Assembly (NCBI GenBank): GCA_963792965.1
Contig: CAWBYW010000009.1
Location: 256,001-320,000, forward strand
DNA: 64,000 nt
Origin: an uncultured delta proteobacterium
Lineage (GTDB): Bacteria > Desulfobacterota > Zymogenia > Zymogenales > Zymogenaceae
Direction: 5' to 3'
The position numbers and the translations under genes are program-made. Positions 1-9,133 of the stretch are shown here, in pieces (the stretch's first letter is position 1; every line of letters begins with the position of its first letter). Under the pieces are notes generated by a model, which searched no databases, was not told the DNA's origin, and was given only the letters and a program-made list of their open reading frames with translations.

Positions 1-324
1 CTTGAGCATATCGAACAGATAGATGGTCATCACATGAGACTCGACGCCGATCCTCTTCATTTTCAGCCGTTTTGCCGCGTCACAGATTCCCTCGATCTTA
101 CTCTTATACTCCACCACCGGAAACGAGGTCACCTCGCCCGATGCCTGGGTAGTATATCGCCCGTCCGTCAAAAAGACACCACCCTCCCGGCCGATTACTA
201 ACGCCCCATCGCTGCCCGTAAAACCGGAAAAATAGCGGACGTTCTTCATATCGACCAAGATCATCCCGGAGAGGTTGGTACGGTCAAGATACTCAACAAA
301 TCGTTTAATTCGTTTTTTATTCAT
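1..324 (-). CDS. Xaa-Pro aminopeptidase (M24), N-terminal part; runs off the window
   Basis: Manual translation MNKKRIKRFVEYLDRTNLSGMILVDMKNVRYFSGFTGSDGALVIGREGGVFLTDGRYTTQA matches the creatinase/prolidase N-domain motifs (N-x-RY-x-SGFTGS, TD-x-RY). Start overlaps the aroQ stop. Confidence 0.85.
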   Translation of the reverse strand, partial: MNKKRIKRFVEYLDRTNLSGMILVDMKNVRYFSGFTGSDGALVIGREGGVFLTDGRYTTQASGEVTSFPVVEYKSKIEGICDAAKRLKMKRIGVESHVMTIYLFDMLK

Positions 325-757
325 TCTTTTTGATCAGGTGGTCCCGGAGGGCCTCTATGCCGAGGCGATAGCCGGTGATCCCGAAGCCGCAAATCACGCC
401 GACGGCAATATCGGATATGAATGATCTTCTCCTGAACTCTTCGCGCGAAAAAATGTTCGAGAGATGGACCTCGACGACCGGCAGCCCAGAGGCCAAGAGC
501 GCGTCTCGTATAGCGACGGAGGTGTGCGTATACCCGCCCGCGTTGATGATCACGCCGTCGAAGCCTTTTAGTTTCTGAATCGTATCGATGATCTCCCCTT
601 CGCTGTTTGATTGGAAGACCGTTGCCGACACGCCCAGCGTCGCTGCCGCCTTTTGGATCTCCCCAAGGAGACCGTCATATGACATCTTTCCGTATATGTC
701 CGGCTCACGCTCGCCAAGCATATTGAGGTTGGGGCCGTTTATCACAAAAAACTTCAT
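317..757 (-). CDS. aroQ: type II 3-dehydroquinate dehydratase
   Basis: INGPNLNMLGEREP, HTSVAIRDA and EVHLSN motifs. Confidence 0.97.
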   Translation of the reverse strand: MKFFVINGPNLNMLGEREPDIYGKMSYDGLLGEIQKAAATLGVSATVFQSNSEGEIIDTIQKLKGFDGVIINAGGYTHTSVAIRDALLASGLPVVEVHLSNIFSREEFRRRSFISDIAVGVICGFGITGYRLGIEALRDHLIKKNE

Positions 758-794
758 ATTCCAAAGGTCCTCTTAATAAAGCGCGAAACGGGGA

Positions 795-1175
795 TTACAT
801 GAGCTCACGAAGTTTGAGCGAAAAGACCCTTGTCTTGTACCGGGCAAGGGCTTCATTCGCGTGCACGGAAAGAAAGGTCATAAAATAATAGTCGTCGGAG
901 ATGACGTGGGCGACCAATTTAAAACGATCGAGCATGACGGTGATGTCCTTGAGCTCGTCCATCTTCAATACGGACAGCTGCTTGTGCACCTCCGCCACGA
1001 CACCCGAATATTCCGCGCCGATAACGTCAGCCTCAAGACCGATGCTTATGTTCTGGCATGATTCGACGATAACCCCGTCTCTGCCGATTACCATGGCAAC
1101 GAGACTTCCGGGAACCGCTCGGACCACTTCTTCCAAAACGGTCTTGAAATTTATCATATTAGTTCCGTTTGGCAT
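795..1175 (-). CDS. Roadblock/LC7 domain protein, MglC-like
   Basis: About 120 aa with roadblock pattern (VxGSLVAMVIGRDGVIVE...ALARYK); located downstream of pilQ. Alternative start at 1157. Confidence 0.75.
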   Translation of the reverse strand: MPNGTNMINFKTVLEEVVRAVPGSLVAMVIGRDGVIVESCQNISIGLEADVIGAEYSGVVAEVHKQLSVLKMDELKDITVMLDRFKLVAHVISDDYYFMTFLSVHANEALARYKTRVFSLKLRELM

Positions 1176-1432
1176 GTATGACGCGGATGGTTAGTAGAAT
1201 GAGAGACATGCCGACATTATGACCGCCCCCAAATCGCGGCAGTGCAGCGGAAAACGACCCCGTGCCCGCGATCGGAAAGCACGCTCGCAACGGGAACGCC
1301 GCTACGAGTCAATCGCGTGCGCGGCACGCGGCGTGATCTGTTTCTCTCTGAATGCTGTTGATCGACCTCCTCATCGGGATTGCAGGGATCCCGCGCCTAT
1401 GCCGATCGGTGAGGTAGTCTCCGCGGGCGCCC

Positions 1433-2848
1433 TCACGATCTTCGGTATTTTCGGATATTGAGGAGCCAGCGATTGAGCCCCTCTATCGTCCGCCTTTGCC
1501 CCTCTTCTTCCCCCGAGAGGGGAAGGCCGGCCTCATCCGCCGGGCTTTCGATTGGGATTGAGCCCTCTCCCATTTCGCCCGGCCCTGCCGCCTCTTTCAT
1601 CCTTTTCTTGACGAAGCCAATCTTCTGCTTGAGGGAATCCCGCGTTGGAAACGTGCCCAGCAGCTCCTCATAGATCGACAGCGCCTTGTCGTAATACCCC
1701 TGCTTTACGTAGATGTCCGCGATCGTCTCGGTCGTTATGGTGACGCCTTTCGCATCGGTCGCGTCCGTTTCTCCATCCTGCCGGTCGCTCGGCACGGTCC
1801 CGCGCGTCTTTCCCCCCTCGGTACCGGGTGATTGTCCCATCACGGAGGTCCCATCTCGTTGCCCCCCCGACCCCGTAGACGGAACAGGACGATCCGAAAA
1901 ACCCTCAATGGAGATCTCTTCCTCGCCTTCTTCGAGGATGCCGAATTCGTCCACTAATCCCTGGTCCTCATCGACGGCGCCGTCTTCGACGGCCGCCTCT
2001 GACCGGACCGATTCAGATTCCGACGAGGACGGCTCTCCCTCGGTCCTCACCGTCTCCGCGAGTGCCCTTCCGTCGTCGGGTGCCCGTGACGTCTCTTCGC
2101 CGACGAGATCACCGAGACTCCCCTCGCTGTCGAGGGCACGTTCCGAGTCCGTCGGGATTTCGATCTCCTCGTCGTCAAGAGAGAGGCCGTCCGCCCCGGC
2201 CGTGGTCGCCTCGTCCTCGTCGAGGAGCTGGGCATCTTCGATAATTTCCCCGCCGCCCTCCTGGACCAGTTCGAGCGTTTCGCCTTCGAGAATATCCTCG
2301 GGCTGGGCGGCCTTTGGGGCTCCTTTTTGCGGCCCACGGTCGATTGTGGCGAGTTTCTCCTTAACCTCGGCATCGTCGGGCGAGAGGGCCAGGACTTTCG
2401 CGAAGCTTTCGCGCGCTTTTTTCGCGTCGCCTTCCTGAAGGCAGATATCACCGAGAACCCGGTGGGCAACGATATTATCGGGAGTAATCGAGACGACCTT
2501 CAGGATCTCTTCCTTCGATTCCTTGATCATCCCCTTATCAAAGTAGGCCCTCCCGAGCGCAACACGTCCGCTCATATACTTCGGGTGGGCTTTTGTGCCG
2601 TTCAGGCAGAGGTTGATCGCCTCATCCAGCATCCCCGCCTTTCGGTAGAGCTCGGCCAGCGCCGCAAAAACGCGTGAAGACGCGTCCTTTGCAAGGATCG
2701 CCCGATACCGCTCCATCTCCGGGGTAATGACACCGATACCTATAGGGACGTCTTTCTTTATCGGGGACGGGATTGGCTTTGCATCCGGTTTTCCCGGCGG
2801 GACAAGAGACTTCTCAGGTGTTCTGATATTCTCTTTTACGTCTGCCAT
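1433..2848 (-). CDS. TPR protein with long acidic linker, C-terminal TPR and amphipathic tail
   Basis: N-terminal TPRs (FAALAELYRKAG, ALGRAYFDKG, VLGDICLQEG), about 200 aa D/E/G/S-rich linker, TETIADIYVKQGYYDKALSIYEELL, terminal LNRWLLNIR. Confidence 0.85.
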   Translation of the reverse strand: MADVKENIRTPEKSLVPPGKPDAKPIPSPIKKDVPIGIGVITPEMERYRAILAKDASSRVFAALAELYRKAGMLDEAINLCLNGTKAHPKYMSGRVALGRAYFDKGMIKESKEEILKVVSITPDNIVAHRVLGDICLQEGDAKKARESFAKVLALSPDDAEVKEKLATIDRGPQKGAPKAAQPEDILEGETLELVQEGGGEIIEDAQLLDEDEATTAGADGLSLDDEEIEIPTDSERALDSEGSLGDLVGEETSRAPDDGRALAETVRTEGEPSSSESESVRSEAAVEDGAVDEDQGLVDEFGILEEGEEEISIEGFSDRPVPSTGSGGQRDGTSVMGQSPGTEGGKTRGTVPSDRQDGETDATDAKGVTITTETIADIYVKQGYYDKALSIYEELLGTFPTRDSLKQKIGFVKKRMKEAAGPGEMGEGSIPIESPADEAGLPLSGEEEGQRRTIEGLNRWLLNIRKYRRS

Positions 2849-2857
2849 AAAAGACCC

Positions 2858-3919
2858 CTATTGTTCAATGAAATCAAGTATATCTAAGAGAGCAAGTTTT
2901 TTCAAGATAAAACGACCGATACCTCCGGTAAGGACAAAATTAATTTCGTTTCCTACCGCTTTTTTATCGACCGCCAGCGCGCTTTCGTACTCCTGTCGCG
3001 AAAAGACGGGAAGCGAGAGATCAAAGCCGTACGCGCGCAAAAGGTCGATAATCCTCCCCTTTTCCGCCGAGGAAATGAGTCCCATCTTCTCGGAAAACCC
3101 GACGGAAAATCCCATACCCTTGGCAACCGCCTGCCCATGCCTGACGGCGCCGTAGCCGACGAGCTTCTCAACGGCATGTCCGACGGAATGGCCGAAGTTG
3201 AGGACGCTGCGAAGCCCCTCCTCCCGCTCGTCCTTTTTCACTACGTCGGCCTTCGTCTGGACCGACCATCGAACGATCGTCATGAGAATTTCGCGGTCTT
3301 TCTTGAGGATCTGTTCCCTCTTTTCCTCGAGCACTGCAAACAGCTCTCTATCCAGGACGATTCCATACTTGATGACCTCGGCAAGACCCGACAGGAACTC
3401 CCCATCCGGGAGGGACGAGAGGGTATCGATATCGATGAGGACAAATTCCGGCTGATAGAATGCTCCGATGAGGTTCTTACCCTTCGGGTGGTTCACCGCC
3501 GTCTTCCCCCCCACCGACGAATCCACCTGAGCAAGCAGCGTGGTGGGAACCTGTATATACGGAATCCCCCTCATGAAGGTCGCGGCAGAGAATCCGCCCA
3601 GATCACCGACCACGCCACCGCCAATTGCCACCAACGGTGTCTTCCTGTTGGCGCCGAACTCAAGCAGGGCGTCGTATACTTCCAATAAACGTGGAAAATC
3701 CTTTGAGCGCTCACCACTCGGGACAACGATGCTATGAACCCTTCCCCCCGTGCTCTCCAACGCCTGCCGCACCAAATCCGCATAGAGCTCCTTCACCACG
3801 GAATCGGTAAGGATGCAAACCTCCTTTTCCCTGAGGCAGCGGCCGATATCCCGCAACACATCGCACCCGATATATATGGGATAGGACCGATCACCGAGCT
3901 CTACTGTTATCCTCTCCAT
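2858..3919 (-). CDS. aroB: 3-dehydroquinate synthase
   Basis: GGGVVGDLGGF, PTTLLAQVDSSVGGKT and LNFGH motifs. Confidence 0.97.
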   Translation of the reverse strand: MERITVELGDRSYPIYIGCDVLRDIGRCLREKEVCILTDSVVKELYADLVRQALESTGGRVHSIVVPSGERSKDFPRLLEVYDALLEFGANRKTPLVAIGGGVVGDLGGFSAATFMRGIPYIQVPTTLLAQVDSSVGGKTAVNHPKGKNLIGAFYQPEFVLIDIDTLSSLPDGEFLSGLAEVIKYGIVLDRELFAVLEEKREQILKKDREILMTIVRWSVQTKADVVKKDEREEGLRSVLNFGHSVGHAVEKLVGYGAVRHGQAVAKGMGFSVGFSEKMGLISSAEKGRIIDLLRAYGFDLSLPVFSRQEYESALAVDKKAVGNEINFVLTGGIGRFILKKLALLDILDFIEQ

Positions 3920-4440
3920 CCCTTCAAAAACCTCTCATACTTGTCCAGTACCACCTCCGCAGTTACAGAAGGGTTCTTCCCCTCGGTATCGACGGTGATG
4001 TCCGAGACACGATACGACCCGACCCTCCTGGCCAACAACTCCCTGACGGTACCGATCCGGTCCGGCACGTTAAGGATCGGCCGATGACGATCATCCGAGA
4101 TCCGGGCGATGATCTCCTCGGGCGACGCCGTGAGCCAGACGAGCACACCCGTTCGCTTGAGGTTCTCGATGTTCTTCGTCCTGAGCAGCGACCCTCCCCC
4201 GGTTGAGATGACCAGGTCTTTTTCGGCCGAGGACTTTTCGATCACCTCCGATTCTATGTCCCTGAAGAAATCCTCGCCGTACCCCTTAAAGATATCATTG
4301 ATCGTCATGCCCGTTGCTTCTATAATCCGGTCATCAATATCCACAAAGGCCCTCTTCATCCGTGCGGCGAGAATCTTGCCCACCTCGGTCTTTCCCGTAC
4401 CCATAAAGCCGACGAGCACCAGATTCGGACTTATCACCAA
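3907..4440 (-). CDS. aroK: shikimate kinase
   Basis: GFMGTGKT P-loop, GEDFFRDIE, STGGG. Confidence 0.96.
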   Translation of the reverse strand: MVISPNLVLVGFMGTGKTEVGKILAARMKRAFVDIDDRIIEATGMTINDIFKGYGEDFFRDIESEVIEKSSAEKDLVISTGGGSLLRTKNIENLKRTGVLVWLTASPEEIIARISDDRHRPILNVPDRIGTVRELLARRVGSYRVSDITVDTEGKNPSVTAEVVLDKYERFLKGWRG

Positions 4441-5591
4441 TTCCGTATCCGCTCCACATACGCCTCATAGGCTGCCGTGATGTCGCTTAGGCTGTCGCCG
4501 CCGAATTTCGCGAAAAATTCCCTGGCAATCACGAGAGCGACCATCGCCTCGACAACGACCGCCGCCGCGGGGACCGCGCATACGTCGCTCCGCTCGGCCG
4601 TGGCCGATACGGCTTCCTTATGCGCGATGTCGACCGAAGAGAGCGGCCGCATGAGAGTGGGTATCGGCTTCATTGCCGCCCGGATGACGAGGGGCTCCCC
4701 GTTTGTGACTCCCCCCTCTATCCCCCCGGCACGGTTCGTCCGGCGGTAAAATCCCCGCCCCCGATCGTGGAATATCTCGTCATGTGCAGTCGATCCCTGC
4801 GTCTCGGCGAGGCCGAAGCCGTCGCCGATCTCTACCCCCTTGATCGCGGGCACACTCATGACCGCGCCCGCCAGCATCCCGTCCAGCCGACTGTTCCACT
4901 GCTCATAGCTGCCCAGCCCCGGGGGGACTCCCACGGCCGTTACCTCGACGACGCCCCCGAGGGTATCTCCCGCCTCTTTTGTCTGATCGATGAGATGTCG
5001 AAGCTCCACGTCCCGTAAGGATACGGGGGTCGAGAAAGGAGAATCGTCTGCATTTTTTGCCCGCTCTTCAAGGGAAAGGTCGCCTGCGTCCACATGAATC
5101 GGCCCGATTGAGACAACGTATCCGAAAAAGCGGATCCCGAAGGTCGACAGCAGGATCTTAGCCAGGGCTCCCGCGGCGACACGGGCGGCGGTCTCCCGGG
5201 CGCTGGCGCGCTCAAGGACGTTCCTCAGGTCACGGTGGTCATATTTCATTGCGCCGGCCAGGTCCGCATGCCCCGGTCGAGGGCGGGTGACCTCCCTTCC
5301 CGGGGCGATTTCGCCCTCGGGGCTCATGTATGATTTCCAGTTTTCAAAATCTCTGTTCTCTACGAGGAGCACGATCGGGCTGCCGATCGTCATCCCGCCC
5401 CGTATCCCCGAAAGAATCCGGGCCTGATCGGCCTCGATGGCCATCCGCCCGCCCCTGCCGTACCCCTTCTGTCTCCTCCTCAGCTCCCCATTAATCGCCT
5501 CAAGGGGCACAGGGAATCCCGCCGGAACGCCCGAAATCAGCGCAACGACGCCTTGTCCGTGAGACTCCCCTGCCGAAAAGAAAGAAAACAT
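4434..5591 (-). CDS. aroC: chorismate synthase
   Basis: AGESHG, RPRPGHAD, ERASARETAARVAAG, MKPIPT, ERSDVC. Confidence 0.98.
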   Translation of the reverse strand: MFSFFSAGESHGQGVVALISGVPAGFPVPLEAINGELRRRQKGYGRGGRMAIEADQARILSGIRGGMTIGSPIVLLVENRDFENWKSYMSPEGEIAPGREVTRPRPGHADLAGAMKYDHRDLRNVLERASARETAARVAAGALAKILLSTFGIRFFGYVVSIGPIHVDAGDLSLEERAKNADDSPFSTPVSLRDVELRHLIDQTKEAGDTLGGVVEVTAVGVPPGLGSYEQWNSRLDGMLAGAVMSVPAIKGVEIGDGFGLAETQGSTAHDEIFHDRGRGFYRRTNRAGGIEGGVTNGEPLVIRAAMKPIPTLMRPLSSVDIAHKEAVSATAERSDVCAVPAAAVVVEAMVALVIAREFFAKFGGDSLSDITAAYEAYVERIRNW

Positions 5592-5602
5592 CTACCCCTC
5601 AT

Positions 5603-5636
5603 AAAAAAGTGCACCGGAACGGATTCAGGTGCACTT
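5603..5636 (-). terminator. intrinsic terminator-like hairpin after pilQ
   Basis: Minus strand AAGTGCACCTGAA-TCCG-TTCCGGTGCACTT followed by further Ts. Confidence 0.7.
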
Positions 5637-5659
5637 GGAATCGTAATCAGGTCGAGCGC

Positions 5660-8236
5660 CTACTGACCCTTGGTAAGTTCATCCTGCTCCCTCACGATCG
5701 TCGGCGTGATGAAGATGAGGAGCTCTCTCCTCACATCGCTCACCGACCTGGTCTTGAAGAGCCAACCGAGCAGGGGTATATCCTTCAGAGCGGGGAGCCC
5801 GGTATCGGTGCTGTTTGACGTTTTACGATACAGCCCGCCGATGACGATAGTGTCGCGATTGTCCACGAGCACTTTGGTGATGAGGTTCTTCTTGAGCTCG
5901 GTAAAATAGGTGTTCTCCACGCCTGACGTATTAAGCAGCTTCACCGGGTCGCCCTGAGTGTTGTGGGTCAGGTTCAGGTCGAGCTTGATCTTTCCATCGG
6001 GCTCGACGGTCGGGGTGATGACGAGCGTCGTGGAGAAGTCCTTATATTCTATCGTCGATGTCAGGGTAACGGTTCCGGTCTCGTTGGTCGACTCGGTCGG
6101 GTTACTCTGAGGGATGCTCGTGGTGATATCCAGCGTCGCCGTCGCGTTGTTGAGCACCCGCACCTTAGGTGACTCGATGATGTTTGCCTCGCCGAGACTT
6201 TCCAATGCGTGGAGCTGAACGTCGAGGCGCAGGGCGTTATCCAGGAAGCCGATCATCGCCGAGGCGCCGCCGACCGCACCCAGAGACGTCAGCGGTAGGT
6301 TCGGGAAGATCGTCTTCGTGATGTCAAAATTGTCGGCATTGTTGATATTGGCCGTATCGCTCCACCCCAGGGACGACTTGATCGATCCGCCCTTATCTCC
6401 TCCGTTATATCCCGCGACCCACTTGATGCCCAATTCCTGTTGATAGTTGTCATCCACCTCGACGATCCGGGCCTCGATACGGACTTCCGGCTCCTTGTCG
6501 GGGGTATCCAGCAGGTGCACCATCTCGATGATCTTATCGACCCGCTCCTGGGTATCGGTCACGATGATCATATCACCCGACGGGGCCCAGGCGATCGACC
6601 CCCGGGTGCTGAGCATCTTCGCGTTTGTAATAGCCGCGACGATATCGACAATCGTGGTGGTGGAGGTCCCTCCCGGCGCGCCCGTCGTATAGGTCGTGCC
6701 TGTCGGAGTCGCCGTCGGGGTCGTCGTGGTTATGCCCCCGCCCGGCGTCATCAACGGGGTCGGATTTTTTCGATAGATGACATTCACCTGACGGGTCACC
6801 AGCGGCGCATCGTCCTCAAGGTTCTTCTTGAACTTGTATTCGGCCTGGATCTCCTCATTCAGCTTGGCCTGGGTTGTTACGATGATGACGTTACCCCGCT
6901 GCACCATCCCAAGGCCCGACAGGCTGACGATGAGATCAAGGGCCTGGTCCCAGGGGACCTTCTTGAGCCTCAGCGACAGCTTCAGGTCGTCGGGCACGTC
7001 CGGTTTGATGACGATACTCACGTTGGAAAACTCGGCAATCAGGTTGATGAGGTCCTTTACCTTGGCGTTGCTGAAGATGAGGGTCATGGGCTTACCGGTA
7101 AAGATCTTCTCTCCGGGGGCCGCTCCGCTAGGTGCCGTCGGCTCCATGCCCGGCGGCACAACCGGGGATTCAACGGATGGACCCGCCTCTCCCGGGAGGG
7201 TGGCCGGAGCAGAGGGCGTGGTCCCCGACGGCTGCGCAAGCTCCGTGCCGGGACCCGGCACCGTGGCGGGGAGCTTTACCGTCGGCTCCGCGGGCGCGGG
7301 TGTCGTTACCTCGGGCGTCGTTACCTCGGGAGCCGTTACCTCGGGGGTCGGCGCGGGCGGCGCCGCGTGGGCCGGCGGCGGAATGGAGCCGAGGAGCGCC
7401 TCGCCGGCCTTCCTGAAGGATATCATCAGTTTGTTGTCATAGGGAAAGACATTGTACGTATTGAGCTTTCCCGGTATCGCCGATTCCAGTACGACGCGGG
7501 TCTTGTCCGGGTATGTGCCGACCCGTATCGCCTTGATATCGGAGCCACCGACCTTGATCTCCTTGGACGGGAAATCATTCTTCAGGCCCTTGACGTCCAC
7601 GACGAGCCGGTACGGGGTCTCCAGGACAAACGACTCGAAATTCTCGACGCTTCCGTCGGTCAGCACCGTTACGAGCGTACCGTCGGAGGTGTCGTCGGCC
7701 ACGATATTGATGATCTTCTTTGCAGGCGGAAACGTCGTCTTCGTCGGCTCGCTGACGATCTTGGAGGGCGTCGTCTCCTCACCGACGGCACCCGTCGGCT
7801 TCTGTATCTCAACCTGAATCTGGGAGTCGGACGGCTTGGTAATGAAATAGTTCGTGTCCTGAACGAGATATATCTCCAAACGGGCCACCTTCTTCCCGTC
7901 GGAAGTCATGTCGAGTTTTGACATCTTACTAATGGTGTCGTTGCCTACCTCAACGTCCACGTTCGGTTCAACAAACACGGCATCGGGAATGTCAACAACA
8001 AGCCTGAGCGGGGTTTCAAGCCGGTACGGCGTGTAGTTCAGGGCGGTATTGCCCGTGATGGCGATAACCGTCCGGTCCTCCAGCTCCTTGACGGGGCCGA
8101 GAGTGACTGAATTTTCCGCGGAGGGTACCCCGGTAGCCGGTTTGGCGCCGCCGGTGGCGCATCCATGTATCGGCACTATAAGCGCCGAAAGGATGAACAG
8201 GACACCAAAACCTTTCAGCCATTTCAATCGGTCCAT
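5660..8236 (-). CDS. pilQ: type IV pilus secretin with two AMIN domains
   Basis: AMIN motifs RLVVDIP and RLVVDVK; LRLKKVPWDQALD; IEARIVEV; LPALKDIPLLGWLFK...ELLIFITPTI; lipobox-like IHGC; last gene of pilMNOP run. Confidence 0.95.
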   Translation of the reverse strand: MDRLKWLKGFGVLFILSALIVPIHGCATGGAKPATGVPSAENSVTLGPVKELEDRTVIAITGNTALNYTPYRLETPLRLVVDIPDAVFVEPNVDVEVGNDTISKMSKLDMTSDGKKVARLEIYLVQDTNYFITKPSDSQIQVEIQKPTGAVGEETTPSKIVSEPTKTTFPPAKKIINIVADDTSDGTLVTVLTDGSVENFESFVLETPYRLVVDVKGLKNDFPSKEIKVGGSDIKAIRVGTYPDKTRVVLESAIPGKLNTYNVFPYDNKLMISFRKAGEALLGSIPPPAHAAPPAPTPEVTAPEVTTPEVTTPAPAEPTVKLPATVPGPGTELAQPSGTTPSAPATLPGEAGPSVESPVVPPGMEPTAPSGAAPGEKIFTGKPMTLIFSNAKVKDLINLIAEFSNVSIVIKPDVPDDLKLSLRLKKVPWDQALDLIVSLSGLGMVQRGNVIIVTTQAKLNEEIQAEYKFKKNLEDDAPLVTRQVNVIYRKNPTPLMTPGGGITTTTPTATPTGTTYTTGAPGGTSTTTIVDIVAAITNAKMLSTRGSIAWAPSGDMIIVTDTQERVDKIIEMVHLLDTPDKEPEVRIEARIVEVDDNYQQELGIKWVAGYNGGDKGGSIKSSLGWSDTANINNADNFDITKTIFPNLPLTSLGAVGGASAMIGFLDNALRLDVQLHALESLGEANIIESPKVRVLNNATATLDITTSIPQSNPTESTNETGTVTLTSTIEYKDFSTTLVITPTVEPDGKIKLDLNLTHNTQGDPVKLLNTSGVENTYFTELKKNLITKVLVDNRDTIVIGGLYRKTSNSTDTGLPALKDIPLLGWLFKTRSVSDVRRELLIFITPTIVREQDELTKGQ
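7304..7345. repeat. 15-bp-period tandem repeat (3 x CGTTACCTCGGG) encoding PEVT(A/T) in the PilQ linker
   Basis: Units at 7304, 7319 and 7334. Confidence 0.85.
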
Positions 8237-9133
8237 TTATGAGCCTCCCTTAATCTTTAAGGTCTCAATTCTCTTTTCGACATTTCCGTAAAAATCCTCG
8301 TAACCCACCTCAACCTGGACTTCGGTATCGGTTATTCGGACAACCTTCCCGCCGCCGATCTCGGATCCGACGATGATGTTGTAGCCCTTCTTATCGGGAG
8401 CCTCCACCATGGCTATTCCCGTCTCTTTTTCGGGATCGTAGATGATGGCGGTCAGTCTCAGCTGTGAGAGATTATACCGCTGAAGAGGCGTAAGCTCTTC
8501 CGCGGGAGTCTCAGCCTTCTTTTCCACCTTCAGGGTGAAAGGTCGAAACGGATCTCTCTTGCCGGTGGGGTCGTAGATATATTCCTTATCCATGAGCGAG
8601 CCGGTGAGGTTATCAGGCGTGAGCGTCGGGGCGCCGGCAACCGGGGCAAGGGTTACCATGGCGATGTCTTCTCCCGCAACGGTCGTGGTCCCGCCCTTTT
8701 CGGGCGTGCCCGTGGGAGCGGGTGTGCTCGGCGGCGTCTTGGTCTCCTTAGTCGTTTCGGGCTTTACCGCTTCCTTCTTTTCACCCTTGTCGGGGGCGGG
8801 TTTCGTCTTTTCCGCGACGGGGGGCGTTCCCTTCTCGTTCTTGCCCGGCATCACCGGACCGCCCGTGGTCGGCTTCCCAGGGATCGGCCCCTCTCCTCCG
8901 ATCGGCACGACGGCACTCGGGGTAAAAGTCGTACCGCCGGCCGGTGCCGAGCTCCTTACCTCGTCGGTCGGTTTCAACTTGTGGATCTTCGGTTCCTCTT
9001 TGGTCTCCTTTGACTTGGAAAATCCCGGAATCAAATCCGTCAGGTCCGAGCATCCCGCAAAGAAAAGAGGGACGGCAATGAGGACGAGGCATAAGGAAAA
9101 TCGTGTCTTTTTCAATACAGTTTCCACTCTCAT
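8237..9133 (-). CDS. pilP: type IV pilus lipoprotein PilP with extended P/T/K linker
   Basis: Lipobox FAGC; YDPTGKRDPFRPF; PLQRYNLSQLRLTAII; AMVEAPDKKGY. Confidence 0.92.
   Translation of the reverse strand: MRVETVLKKTRFSLCLVLIAVPLFFAGCSDLTDLIPGFSKSKETKEEPKIHKLKPTDEVRSSAPAGGTTFTPSAVVPIGGEGPIPGKPTTGGPVMPGKNEKGTPPVAEKTKPAPDKGEKKEAVKPETTKETKTPPSTPAPTGTPEKGGTTTVAGEDIAMVTLAPVAGAPTLTPDNLTGSLMDKEYIYDPTGKRDPFRPFTLKVEKKAETPAEELTPLQRYNLSQLRLTAIIYDPEKETGIAMVEAPDKKGYNIIVGSEIGGGKVVRITDTEVQVEVGYEDFYGNVEKRIETLKIKGGS

Noticed and set aside
6440-7921. 493-aa plus-strand ORF and many similar long antisense ORFs (39380-40759, 58447-59784, 61687-62916, 16459-17700)
   Set aside because: Shadow frames opposite well-supported genes in GC-rich DNA; no motifs or ribosome-binding sites.
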